From NCBI GenBank assembly GCA_965237675.1, contig OZ250150.1, positions 480,001 to 544,000 on the forward strand: a stretch of 64,000 bases of DNA, given 5' to 3'. Origin of the DNA: Candidatus Latescibacterota bacterium. Its GTDB lineage: Bacteria; Latescibacterota; UBA2968; GCA-2709665. How positions within the stretch are numbered: position 1 is the first letter of the stretch; every line of letters begins with the position of its first letter. Below the pieces are notes generated by a model. The model was not told the origin of the DNA. It saw only the letters and a list, made by a program, of their open reading frames with translations, and ran no database searches. The translations under genes were made by a program, and so were the position numbers. This document shows positions 50,252-59,858 of the stretch, in pieces.

Positions 50252-52135
50252 TCAGAACAACAGGTTGACCTTGACCACATCGATGGTCTTGAGCACCGGA
50301 TGCGTCCAATGAACGTCGATGTCGAAGGACTCGGTGAGATACCGTTCCAGCGTCACGCGATGCACGTTCAGCAGCTGCTCCAGGTCACGTGCCAATATAA
50401 ATGAACGGATATGGGCCCTGACGACGTCAGCGATGATCTCTTCCGGATTCGCGGTCCGGTAGTGATAAACGTAGGGATCGTTGATCCGATATTGCACATT
50501 GACTGTCAGTGAAAGGAGGTTGAGGTCGCCGGACACGTACTCTTCCGGCGCATCACACAGGATGGACTTCACCTCCCGTACGGGCCACTTGTCGACCTTA
50601 ACGAAGGGCCGGGGGGCGAGATAGTGCAGGCCCGGCTGCAGGTCCTGCCAGTAAACCTCGCCGAAAAGGCGACCGTAGCCGACCGAATTGGGTGGTACGG
50701 TTGTGAAACCGCTGCCCAGGAAAATGGCGAGCAGCAATGCCCAGAGCATCAGGCCCATCGGCGCGGCCGGAGAAATGATGCCCACAATGGAACGACTGCG
50801 GGTCAGGCGGCCCCATACCTTTCGCAACGGTCCGGAGAGCGGTCGGATGTTCAGCAGAAAATCCTCCCAACCGCAGCGGAGAGCGCCGGCACGGAAACGC
50901 CAGACGATTAGAACGACGAGAATTACCGCGGCCGCCCATTGCAGGAACTGTATGGCCGGCGAATGAGACGCGCCAAGGTTTACCGGAACCATGATGCCCG
51001 TGGCCAGAAGCAGCACGTCGATTATGATGCCGAGGACGACCGTTACCGCGACGACCGCCGAGACGTAAATGGACGCGAAACGCGCGCCGAACTGGCTGAC
51101 GATGATTGCGATCGTACCCGTATTGGTGGCCGGACCCGTCATGAGAAAGATCAGCGCCGCACCCGGGCTGAAGCCCTTCGCGACCAGCGCCGCAGCGATC
51201 GGGGTGCTGGCTGATGCACAGATATAGAGCGGAATGCCGATCAGCACCATTATCGGATAGGATACCCAGCGGGCATATTCGTTCGACATCAAATCGCTCG
51301 GAATCACCAGAAAGAGCACGCTTCCGAGCGAAACACCCACCAGCAGTGCAAAAAGAATGTCGTCCGCTATCTCCACGAAGCCGTAGCGGAAAATGTGCTT
51401 GACCAGTTTTTTGAAGTCGAGCGCGTGATCGTCGGGGGACTTGTCGCTGGAAGAAGCCTTTCCGGCCTCAGACGCCTGCAGAGCGTCACGGTAGAAGGCC
51501 GGCTTCACCCAGGAAAGGAACTTCCAACGGCCGGCCGCCGTAGCGACGCCCGTCAGCCAATCAACGAAAAGGCCCTTCATTCGCGAATAGCTCACGTAGC
51601 AGTCGTCACTCTCCGGTATGAGCGGCTCGTGCGAACCGTGGTCGTGGTGATGATCGCAACAGTGGTCATGGTGGTCGTCATGTTCGCTATGGCCCGACCC
51701 GGTTTCATCGTGGCCGTTTCGGATAAGGCCGATACAGAAGATCCCGGCGACGACTGCCGTGATGAAGCTGATGACAGGACGGACGACCGCAACGACAAAT
51801 CCGAAGAAGGCGTTAGTGACCAGGATCGAGTCCGCCCCTGTCTCCGGCGCGGTTATCAGGAAAGACATGCATGCCGAACGAGACGCACCCTTCCTTCGCA
51901 TTTCGGCAACCACAGGTACAACCGAACAACTGCACAAAGGTACGGGTACGCCGACGGCCGAACTCACGGCCACGGATTTCAGACTGTCGTCCTTGAGCCA
52001 GCGGAGAATGGCCTCCCGCGAGATGAACACATGGATCAGACCCGAGAGGAACAAACCCAGCAACAGCATGGGCGCCAACAACAGAAAGGACATCCAGAGA
52101 AAGTCAAAAAAACTGACGAACGTCTGCAGAATCAC
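50252..52135 (-). CDS. ArsP_1/SO_0444-type metal permease fused to an SPFH (HflK-like) domain
   Basis: PLCSCSVVP, PETG.DS, PLYICASASTP and GPATN motifs; His/Cys-rich linker; C-terminal FG.....LQPGLHY..P and V.VQYRI.DP..Y (SPFH). Confidence 0.75.
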   Translation of the reverse strand: MILQTFVSFFDFLWMSFLLLAPMLLLGLFLSGLIHVFISREAILRWLKDDSLKSVAVSSAVGVPVPLCSCSVVPVVAEMRRKGASRSACMSFLITAPETGADSILVTNAFFGFVVAVVRPVISFITAVVAGIFCIGLIRNGHDETGSGHSEHDDHHDHCCDHHHDHGSHEPLIPESDDCYVSYSRMKGLFVDWLTGVATAAGRWKFLSWVKPAFYRDALQASEAGKASSSDKSPDDHALDFKKLVKHIFRYGFVEIADDILFALLVGVSLGSVLFLVIPSDLMSNEYARWVSYPIMVLIGIPLYICASASTPIAAALVAKGFSPGAALIFLMTGPATNTGTIAIIVSQFGARFASIYVSAVVAVTVVLGIIIDVLLLATGIMVPVNLGASHSPAIQFLQWAAAVILVVLIVWRFRAGALRCGWEDFLLNIRPLSGPLRKVWGRLTRSRSIVGIISPAAPMGLMLWALLLAIFLGSGFTTVPPNSVGYGRLFGEVYWQDLQPGLHYLAPRPFVKVDKWPVREVKSILCDAPEEYVSGDLNLLSLTVNVQYRINDPYVYHYRTANPEEIIADVVRAHIRSFILARDLEQLLNVHRVTLERYLTESFDIDVHWTHPVLKTIDVVKVNLLF

Positions 52136-52345
52136 TCAATTGCCTCCTGTGCATCGGCAGAAGCGAGCCGACGCTTGGTAGAAGCTTCAGAAACCGTGGG
52201 CTGAAGGCGAGACAGAGAAAACGACTGACATCGCCCGCGCGCCGATGCGCCGGCCTTAAACGGCTAGCGTTGTCGCCTTCGGTCAGACGGACGTATCCAC
52301 GGATGCAAAAGCCGGCTCCACTTCAGGGACCGGACCGGACCGGAA

Positions 52346-52374
52346 AAAATAACGATTACCAAAATTCAAGTCAA
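52346..52374 (-). promoter_or_regulatory. Sigma70 promoter TTGACT-17-TATTTT
   Basis: Exact 17-nt spacing, about 200 nt upstream of the permease start. Confidence 0.45.
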
Positions 52375-52597
52375 GGACAATATATATACCTACATATAGT
52401 GTATTTTATCACCGCTGCAAGGGGGCGAAACCCTTTTCGACGTGCCCCGGTATCGGTATGGTCGCGCCGACATACGACGGCGGCAGGCCGCTCACGGTTT
52501 CGATTCACCTTCCAGGTTACGTTTCGTAACGAAGGCGGGAACCACGGCTTGACTTCGGCACGGAATCCGTTCCCGGGATCGGCAGGGGCGGGGTCGC

Positions 52598-53353
52598 CTA
52601 AGCTGTGCTCAGGACATAGCGCGGGCGGTTGTGCATCGGGCGGAACCCGATCTTTTTATAGACCCTTTCGGCTGCACTGTCAGCCGCGACTTCGAGCACG
52701 GTCCAACGATTGCCCATCGCCTGCGAGTCCGCGACTGCGCGCGCGGTCAATGAAGAGGCCACGCCTTTGCGGCGGTGTTGCGGCAAGGTGCCGACGAAGT
52801 CCACGCAACCCATTCCGTGTTCGGAATAAAGCAGCGCTGTCCCCGCCGGCTCGCCATCCTGGTATGCGAGGTAGAGCCGTATTTCGGGAATGTCGAGGAC
52901 CCTCCGGCCCAGGGCGCCCACATCGTCGGGAAAGTCGAAGCTGCGACACATGGTGTTGGCCCAGATCCCGTACCGGCCCGGATTGGGTTCTTCTATCTTA
53001 ACGTTTCCGTGTGCAAAGGGTCGTACGGCCCGGTCGCAGAGCATCGCCACGGCCTGTAACGCGAACGTAAAGCCACGTCGCTGCAGCCGTTCTCCCAAAT
53101 TGACGGGCCGGTCCAGGGGCGAAAGTGTGAAAGCACATTCGAACTTCCTCTCTTTGAAATAGCTGAGGGCGCTATCGATCAGCGGGTCGACCCGTGAGTC
53201 GGACACGTTCACCCGAACGACACGGTGTAACAGTGAATTCTTGACGTGCTCGTGGCTGAATGCCACGGCCCCACCGAGATTGTGGCTGTCGCACCAGCGG
53301 GCGCGGAAACCAACCCAGAGTTTTTCGAAAGTTGCCGTGAATTGACTGGACAT
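52598..53353 (-). CDS. GNAT family N-acetyltransferase
   Basis: VGTLPQHRRKGVA and A..VY.KIGF motifs; start uncertain (53353 to 53404). Confidence 0.85.
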   Translation of the reverse strand: MSSQFTATFEKLWVGFRARWCDSHNLGGAVAFSHEHVKNSLLHRVVRVNVSDSRVDPLIDSALSYFKERKFECAFTLSPLDRPVNLGERLQRRGFTFALQAVAMLCDRAVRPFAHGNVKIEEPNPGRYGIWANTMCRSFDFPDDVGALGRRVLDIPEIRLYLAYQDGEPAGTALLYSEHGMGCVDFVGTLPQHRRKGVASSLTARAVADSQAMGNRWTVLEVAADSAAERVYKKIGFRPMHNRPRYVLSTA

Positions 53354-53649
53354 AGGGTCTGAAGACAGGTGAACTTCCGCTCCGCTTCGCATTAAAGCTG
53401 ACAATTGCGCAGATCGGGCGAATCCATCTGATCCGTTTCAAATGGACTATGGGGCGATTTCGGACCGACATCCATTGCCAAAATATGCCATCTTGGTATA
53501 TTATCTTCTCAGCGAAATAAGATCGGCCTTATGAATATCGCGGGGGATCGGTCCATGTTTGAAGCCGGCGCGGAGATACGGTGAAAAGCCGTTGAGAAAG
53601 GTGGATCGATGAGTCATTTCATTGCATGCAGAAATCGGGGTTTCGCACC

Positions 53650-54618
53650 ATGAGATTCATTGTAACGGGCAGCAACGGTTTCATCGGCCAGAATACATGC
53701 CGTCGCCTGACCCAACTCGGACACGACGTTATCGGAGTGGACAATCTGTCTTCTGGAACGGCTGCCAACGGCGTTGGCGGCGTTCAATACCACGCCCACA
53801 GCATTGTGGATGCGGATTGGCTCGAACGACTGCTGAAGAACACGGGTCCGGACGCGGTCCTTCACCTGGCGGCGAAGCCGCGTGTTCCGTACTCGGTGCA
53901 GAATCCGCTGCGCAGCGCGGAGGCGAACGTAATGGGTACCCTGTCCGTACTCAACGCGATTCTAAAGTCCAGGTTGATGGGGAGAACCCGCCTGGTTTTC
54001 GCCAGCAGCAGCGCGGTCTGCGGCGACGCTTCGATCCTTCCCACGCCGGAGGCATACCCCTCCGACCCGCAATCGCCCTATGCGCTGGCGAAGCTGCACG
54101 GTGAGCAGTGGTGCGACATGTTTCATCGATTGTACGGGCTGGATGTGGTAAGCCTGAGATATTTCAACGTATTTGGACCTGGCGCGCTTTTTGGCGGCGC
54201 CTACTCCACCGTATTGTCGGCATGGCCCTATCATTTGTATGTAGATCCTTCGTACCAACCCTTCCTGGAGGGCGACGGTACCCAGACACGGGATTTTTGC
54301 TTTGTTGACAACGTCGTGGAGGCAAATATCGCCGCGGCGACCAGAGAACGCGGCTTTGCGGCCGACGTGCTGAACGTGGGACAGGGTGAAGCCCACTCCC
54401 TGCTTGAGGTGAAAGATGTACTCGAACAGGTTGCGGGCAGAGAACTCCCGCTCGAACGCCGTCCGCCCCGCGTCGGCGATATCGCCCACACCCTGGCCGA
54501 CATCTCCCGGGCACGGGCGGAACTCGCGTTCGACCCGTCGACCGACTTTCACGCCCAGGTTGAACGTACGGCAGCATGGCACCGCGACTGTTATCCGCAA
54601 CGGCCGTCAGAGCGATAG
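53650..54618 (+). CDS. NAD-dependent epimerase/dehydratase
   Basis: TGSNGFIG, HLAA, SSS, YALAK, RYFNVFGP and GDG.QTRDF motifs. Confidence 0.92.
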   Translation: MRFIVTGSNGFIGQNTCRRLTQLGHDVIGVDNLSSGTAANGVGGVQYHAHSIVDADWLERLLKNTGPDAVLHLAAKPRVPYSVQNPLRSAEANVMGTLSVLNAILKSRLMGRTRLVFASSSAVCGDASILPTPEAYPSDPQSPYALAKLHGEQWCDMFHRLYGLDVVSLRYFNVFGPGALFGGAYSTVLSAWPYHLYVDPSYQPFLEGDGTQTRDFCFVDNVVEANIAAATRERGFAADVLNVGQGEAHSLLEVKDVLEQVAGRELPLERRPPRVGDIAHTLADISRARAELAFDPSTDFHAQVERTAAWHRDCYPQRPSER

Positions 54619-54801
54619 TGTTCTGTCGTGGAAATAGATTACCATAATTCGGCCGGCGTGTCGCCCGGCTTGCGAGGTGTCTGCGACCTGTGGATGGTCG
54701 GCAAGCTCGTTTCGACAAGCTCAACGCAAGCAACGGACGCAACGCAGCCAGACGGGATGGACCGGCGGATAGACGGTGACATATCTCAGGGACAGAAGAC
54801 T
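54616..54801. mobile_element. MITE-like element (copy C) with embedded TTCGACAAGCTCA REP-like segment
   Basis: Ends AGTGTTCTGTCGTGGAAATA / TATCTCAGGGACAGAAGACT; begins in the TAG stop of the epimerase. Confidence 0.65.
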
Positions 54802-54896
54802 CAGGGCGAGAGGGGGAAAAACCAGGCAAGCACTGGAAGAGGATCTTTTCGCCCCGATCGTCGGGAGGCGGTACCCTGACGATCGGGCTGATAAAT

Positions 54897-54973
54897 TGGT
54901 GGGCGATACTGGATTCGAACCAGTGACCTCCTGCTTGTAAGGCAGGCGCTCTAACCAGCTGAGCTAACCGCCC
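54897..54973 (-). tRNA. tRNA-Val (TAC)
   Basis: 77-nt cloverleaf GGGCGGTTAGCTCAG...CCTGC-CTTACAA-GCAGG...GGTTCGAATCC...CGCCCACCA. Confidence 0.97.
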
Positions 54974-55287
54974 AGGGACTCTTCGGACGTCTCGACGGTC
55001 GGTTTTTTTGATTCGCCAAGCAACAGGCCGAGAGGAATCAGCACACAGTACCCAATCACCAGTAGAATCGGCGCAAGTGTGAGCGACAGGAAACCGTCGA
55101 CCGGTGGTTGAGACAGGCACAGGTAGCCAATCAGGATCGTACCCAGGCCAGCACCCAGAAAGGTCCAATTCCTGCGTGAATACGGCAACGGACTCCGCGA
55201 AGGCTCCCGCCGCTGTGTCTGCCCCCTGCGACCTGTGCGGCCGCGAGGGCGTCTTCCTGGATTGCGCGACGCCATCCGGTTACCCAT
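54964..55287 (-). CDS. Small membrane protein, DUF3098-like
   Basis: N...G....IGY.......GF.SLTLAPILLVIGY pattern; lies directly after rplS. Confidence 0.65.
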   Translation of the reverse strand: MGNRMASRNPGRRPRGRTGRRGQTQRREPSRSPLPYSRRNWTFLGAGLGTILIGYLCLSQPPVDGFLSLTLAPILLVIGYCVLIPLGLLLGESKKPTVETSEESLGG

Positions 55288-55294
55288 TTCCCCT

Positions 55295-55651
55295 CTACTT
55301 AGCGCTCCGTTTTTCCGGAATCCTTGCCGCCCTGCCCTGCAGTGTGCGCAAATAGGTTAAACGCGTCCGGCGCACCTTGCCGCTCCGAATCCGCTCGACC
55401 TTCGCCACGCGAGGTGAGTGGAGCGGAAAAATCCGCTCGACACCCACGCCACCCAACTCCATCTTTCGCACCGTGAAAGTCTCGTGGATCCCGTGTCCCC
55501 GACGCTGGATCACCACACCTTCGAACATCTGCGTGCGCTCCTTCTCGCCTTCAACCACCCGTACGTGAACCCGCACCGTGTCCCCGGCGCCAAACACCGG
55601 CACGTCGGTCTTGATTTGTTCCTCTGTTAGTGATTTCAACAACGCATCCAT
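55295..55651 (-). CDS. rplS: 50S ribosomal protein L19
   Basis: GDTVRV...[24 protein letters not shown] and GKVRR..L.YLR motifs. Confidence 0.98.
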   Translation of the reverse strand: MDALLKSLTEEQIKTDVPVFGAGDTVRVHVRVVEGEKERTQMFEGVVIQRRGHGIHETFTVRKMELGGVGVERIFPLHSPRVAKVERIRSGKVRRTRLTYLRTLQGRAARIPEKRSAK

Positions 55652-55744
55652 GATGACACTCCTAAGCGATGAAAAACATCTGACGAAAAACCTGCTGTTG
55701 TTTTCCGGTTGAATGCACGGTGAAAACTCGGCAACCAGCGTCCA

Positions 55745-56482
55745 TTACTTCCTGTGCCCGCCAACGTTGTCGTTTTCTGAGCCGGACCCGTCTCCGGCGC
55801 CTTTTTTCCCCACCAGATCCGGACGCCGTTCCCTGGTACGCCGCTTCGCCGTGTCGCGCCGCCAACTTGCAATCCGCTGATGGTCGCCGCTCAACAGAAC
55901 ATCGGGGACCCGCAAGCCCTCAAACTCCCTGGGCCTCGTATACCACGGACAATCCAGAAGCCCGTTCTGAAACGAATCCTCCAGGGCGGATTCCGCATCT
56001 CCGATCGCCCCGGGAATCAATCGCACGATCGCATCCAACAACACAAGCGCGGGCAATTCGCCGCCGCTCAACACGTAATCACCAACCGAAATCTCTTCGG
56101 TAACGTACAATTCGCGAACACGTTCGTCAATTCCCCGGTATCGTCCGCACAAAAACACGAGATTCGGCGCAACCGAAAGTCGATTCGCCGCGTTCTGATC
56201 CAGCCGCCTCCCCTCCGGCGTCAAGAGAATAACGTGCTCCAGCGGCCGCCCGGCGTCTTGAATAGCGGCCAGCGCCCGGGCAATCGGTCCTGGCTTGAAC
56301 ACCATTCCCGCCCCACCGCCGTACGGTGTATCGTCCACCGTACCGTGAACGTCATCTGTGAATTCCCTCAAATCGTGCGCAAAGACGTCAACCAGGCCCG
56401 CCCGGATCGCACGCCCCGAAATTCCGTATGCAGCCACATCTCGAATCAGATCCGGGAATATGGTGAGAATGTCGATATGCAT
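55745..56482 (-). CDS. trmD: tRNA (guanine37-N1)-methyltransferase
   Basis: VDDTPYGGGAGM, CGRY.GIDER, S.GDYVLSGGE and VP.VLLSG.H motifs. Confidence 0.97.
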   Translation of the reverse strand: MHIDILTIFPDLIRDVAAYGISGRAIRAGLVDVFAHDLREFTDDVHGTVDDTPYGGGAGMVFKPGPIARALAAIQDAGRPLEHVILLTPEGRRLDQNAANRLSVAPNLVFLCGRYRGIDERVRELYVTEEISVGDYVLSGGELPALVLLDAIVRLIPGAIGDAESALEDSFQNGLLDCPWYTRPREFEGLRVPDVLLSGDHQRIASWRRDTAKRRTRERRPDLVGKKGAGDGSGSENDNVGGHRK

Positions 56483-56519
56483 AGGCTCCGTCCAGTCGCA
56501 TAGCAGCGTTTCCCGGTTT

Positions 56520-57050
56520 CTAATCCAGGAGTCCCTCCACATTCTTCACGACCAGACGGCCGCCAGCCAGGTCGATCCGAACCAGATCCCTTGCGGCGGG
56601 CACCAACAGCTCCCTCCCATCCTCCCTGTCGACCACGTACAGATCGTTTCCGGGATGGGAAATTACATCGACCACATGTCCGACGTCCACACCGGCCTCC
56701 GTCTCCACCTTCAGTCCCACAATCTCAAACACGTAGAACGTATCTTCAGGAAGCCGATACACCTCGTTGGCGGAGACCATCAGCTGGCTGCCGCGAAACG
56801 CGGCAACCGCGCTGGGCGTATCGAGATCGAGGAATTTAACGCCCATCCGCCGTCCGTAGTTCCGCACGCGGTCGATCCGAAGTGTCACCCGGTTCCCATC
56901 CGGCTTTTCGACCAGAACTTCCTTGAGATCTCGAAACCGCTCCGGAAAATCCGTAAGAGGATGCAGAAATGCCTCACCCCGGAGTCCTCTCGGTTTCAGA
57001 ACCCTGCCGATGGCGACGTATCCTTCCCGATCTGCCGGATTTCGGGACAA
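56520..57050 (-). CDS. rimM: Ribosome maturation factor RimM
   Basis: IG....GLRGE, FY...I.GL.V, ND..VV and L.P motifs; between rpsP and trmD. Confidence 0.95.
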   Translation of the reverse strand: MSRNPADREGYVAIGRVLKPRGLRGEAFLHPLTDFPERFRDLKEVLVEKPDGNRVTLRIDRVRNYGRRMGVKFLDLDTPSAVAAFRGSQLMVSANEVYRLPEDTFYVFEIVGLKVETEAGVDVGHVVDVISHPGNDLYVVDREDGRELLVPAARDLVRIDLAGGRLVVKNVEGLLD

Positions 57051-57053
57051 GCA

Positions 57054-57359
57054 CTATTCCTTGGCTTCAGGGACCGTTTCGTCCGTTTCGTCCGTATCCG
57101 CTGCGGATATGCCGCCCTGTCTCAGAACGCCCTGTTGTCGAAGCAGACTCTTCACCGTTTCTGACGGCTCAGCGCCCAAATCCAGCCAGTGGCGCGTCCG
57201 CTCAGTGTTCAACCGCACAATCTGCGGATTCCCGGTTGGATCGTAATATCCCAGGTTTTCAATGAACCGGCCGTCCCGAGGGGACCGGCTATCTGCGACC
57301 ACAACCCTGTAAAACGGCGCGTTCCTGGCGCCCTTGCGGGTCAATCGAATCCTTACCAA
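57054..57359 (-). CDS. rpsP: 30S ribosomal protein S16
   Basis: VRIRL.R.G....PFYRVVVADSRSPRDGRFIE.LGYYDP. Confidence 0.98.
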   Translation of the reverse strand: MVRIRLTRKGARNAPFYRVVVADSRSPRDGRFIENLGYYDPTGNPQIVRLNTERTRHWLDLGAEPSETVKSLLRQQGVLRQGGISAADTDETDETVPEAKE

Positions 57360-57511
57360 AATCCATCCTCCTATTTAGTACCACACATCTCAACGATTTC
57401 AACAACGGGTTCAGCGATTCGAAAATTCGACCGGGCAGTCGAACACGATTGTTGGGTGCCACCCGCATCGCCTGTCAGCCGGCCGCTGCTGTGCCGATAA
57501 CAAATTTCGCC

Positions 57512-58840
57512 TCAACCCGGAAACGGCACGCCCGTCCCGCGGCCCTGCTTCTCCATCCGCGACATCTGTTTCATCATCTTGCGCATCATACCGAACTGCT
57601 TGATCAACCGGTTGACTTCCTGGATGCGACAGCCGCTGCCTTTCGCAATCCGGCGGCGCCTGCTACCGTTCAGAATCTGGGGGCTGGCCCGTTCCTGCCG
57701 TGTCATTGACAGAATGATCGCTTCAGTATGCACAAACGCATCTTCATCCACCTGCAGGCCCTTCATTGCCTTTCCCGCCCCCGGGATCAGGTCCATCAAC
57801 TGGCTCAGTGGCCCCATCTTGCGAACATGATCCAACTGCTGCAGAAAGTCATCGAATGTAAATGCGTCGCTTCGCAGCTTCTTCTCCAGCTGCTGCGCCT
57901 GTTTCACATCCACCGCGTCCTGTGCCCGTTCCACCAGCGTCACGACGTCGCCCATACCCAGAATCCGCGAGGCCATCCGATCCGGATGAAACGGCTCGAT
58001 TCCGTCCACCTTTTCGCTGACGCCCGCGTATTTGATGGGCACACCGGTGACTTCACGGATCGATAGCGCCGCGCCGCCGCGCGTATCGCTATCAAGACGC
58101 GTAAGTACCACTCCCGTAAAGTTGAGTTGTTCGTAAAACGCTGTCGCCGCTGAAACCGCATCCTGCCCTGTCATCCCGTCCGCCACAAACAGAATCTCAC
58201 CCGGCGAAACCGCGTCACGAATCCGCTCCAATTCTCCCATCCGCTCATCATCCACGTGCAACCGGCCGGCCGTATCCAGAATTACCGGGTCCATCCCGTC
58301 CGCCAGCGCCGCGTCCACGCCCTGGGCGCAAATCACCGCCGGTTCGGTCCCCTCCGCCGCCCGGTGGACCGGCACGTCTATTGACGCGCCGAGTACGCAA
58401 AGCTGGTCGATAGCTGCAGGTCGGTAAACATCAGCCGCCACAAGGAGCGGCCGCCGTCCCTTCCCTTTCAGGAGTCGCGCCAGCTTGGCGCACAGCGTTG
58501 TCTTGCCCGACCCCTGCAGACCGATAACCATCACCACGTTGGGCGCCGGTCCGGGCAGATTCAACTCCTGGTGCTCGTCTCCCATAAGGTGGATCAACTC
58601 GTCATGAACCACCTTGACGACCTGCTGGCCGGGCGTAATGCTTCGCAACACCTCCCGCCCGATTGCCCGCTCCCTTACACGGGCGATAAACGACCGCGCC
58701 ACTTTATAGTTGACGTCCGCCTCCAGAAGAGCACGACGTACGTCTCTCAGCGCTTCATCAATATTGGCTTCGGCCAACCTGCCGCGGCCACGAAGCTTCT
58801 TGAAAACCCCTTCCAGCTTTTCCGTAAGATGATCGAACAT
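57512..58840 (-). CDS. ffh: Signal recognition particle protein
   Basis: ALLEADV, GLQGSGKTT, DTAGR, RGGAALS, FHPDRMASRILGMGD and SRR.RIA.GSG motifs. Confidence 0.98.
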   Translation of the reverse strand: MFDHLTEKLEGVFKKLRGRGRLAEANIDEALRDVRRALLEADVNYKVARSFIARVRERAIGREVLRSITPGQQVVKVVHDELIHLMGDEHQELNLPGPAPNVVMVIGLQGSGKTTLCAKLARLLKGKGRRPLLVAADVYRPAAIDQLCVLGASIDVPVHRAAEGTEPAVICAQGVDAALADGMDPVILDTAGRLHVDDERMGELERIRDAVSPGEILFVADGMTGQDAVSAATAFYEQLNFTGVVLTRLDSDTRGGAALSIREVTGVPIKYAGVSEKVDGIEPFHPDRMASRILGMGDVVTLVERAQDAVDVKQAQQLEKKLRSDAFTFDDFLQQLDHVRKMGPLSQLMDLIPGAGKAMKGLQVDEDAFVHTEAIILSMTRQERASPQILNGSRRRRIAKGSGCRIQEVNRLIKQFGMMRKMMKQMSRMEKQGRGTGVPFPG

Positions 58841-59104
58841 GGGGCCGACCTGGCGTTGATCCTAAAAAGGGACACAGACTATTAATAATACGGGACGACA
58901 GGATATTACGCAACAAAAAACTCCAAAATAAGGCGCTTTCGGAAGGTGGGCGTATGCTGTCGAATCAGCGCGCGGCCGCGCGCCGTAGTGTGCCCGGGAG
59001 CAGATACCAATAATGGGTGTGCGACAGGTGACAGTTCGTCCGTTCAATGGTCCCATGCCGGCCGGACACGCCGAATTCCGGACCCGGTGGGACCCGTTAT
59101 ATAT

Positions 59105-59770
59105 CTAGGCCAGTCCCGCCAGCCCCGCACGCCTCAACGCAGCCACATTTTCAACCACCTTACCATCCCGAAACGCGGCCGATCCCGCCACCAGCACTTC
59201 CGCCCCCGCAGCGACGGCCTGTCCCGCGTTTTCCAACCCGATTCCCCCGTCGATTTCTATCTCCGTATGCACGCCCTGTCGCACGACCTCCGCCCTCAGT
59301 CTCCGAACCTTTTCCAGAGACTCCGGCATGAACGCCTGGCCGCCGAATCCCGGCTCCACTGACATCACAAGCGCAAGATCCAGCGTGGGTAGCAGGGGAA
59401 ACAACGCCTCCACAGACGTTGCCGGCTTCACCGTGGCGCCCGCCCGCATTCCCATCGCCCGGATTTCACGAAGCAGTGTCGGCAGATCCGCGTTAACCTC
59501 GACGTGTACCGTACAGATGTCGGCCCCGCTATCCGCGAAGTCCCTCAGGTACCTGCCCGGATCGTCAATCATAAGATGCACATCCAGTGTCAACGCCGTC
59601 GTTTTACGAATGGCTTCCACCACCATAGGACCGAACGTGATATTCGGTACGAAATGACCGTCCATCACATCCAGATGAATATACTCCGCACCGGCTGTTT
59701 CCACCGCCCGAATCTCGCGTTCCAGCGCGACAAAATCCGCCGCCAGGAAAGACGGAGCGATCTTAATCAT
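59105..59770 (-). CDS. rpe: Ribulose-phosphate 3-epimerase
   Basis: IAPS.L.ADF, HLDVMDGHFVPNITFG, MSV.PGFGGQ and DGG motifs. Confidence 0.97.
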   Translation of the reverse strand: MIKIAPSFLAADFVALEREIRAVETAGAEYIHLDVMDGHFVPNITFGPMVVEAIRKTTALTLDVHLMIDDPGRYLRDFADSGADICTVHVEVNADLPTLLREIRAMGMRAGATVKPATSVEALFPLLPTLDLALVMSVEPGFGGQAFMPESLEKVRRLRAEVVRQGVHTEIEIDGGIGLENAGQAVAAGAEVLVAGSAAFRDGKVVENVAALRRAGLAGLA

Positions 59771-59858
59771 AAAGAAGACCTCCAATTCTCAGATACGGGG
59801 ACTCGGGAGGATGGCGGGGGGTTGAACGCTGAAACCAATGTGCGACGATGACCAACCG

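Noticed and set aside
54851-54888. Hairpin downstream of tRNA-Val as a terminator
   Set aside because: The stem is present but no U-tract follows it on either strand.
58841-59104. SRP RNA (ffs) next to ffh
   Set aside because: The conserved CAGG-GGAAG-AGCAG domain IV arrangement was not found on either strand.
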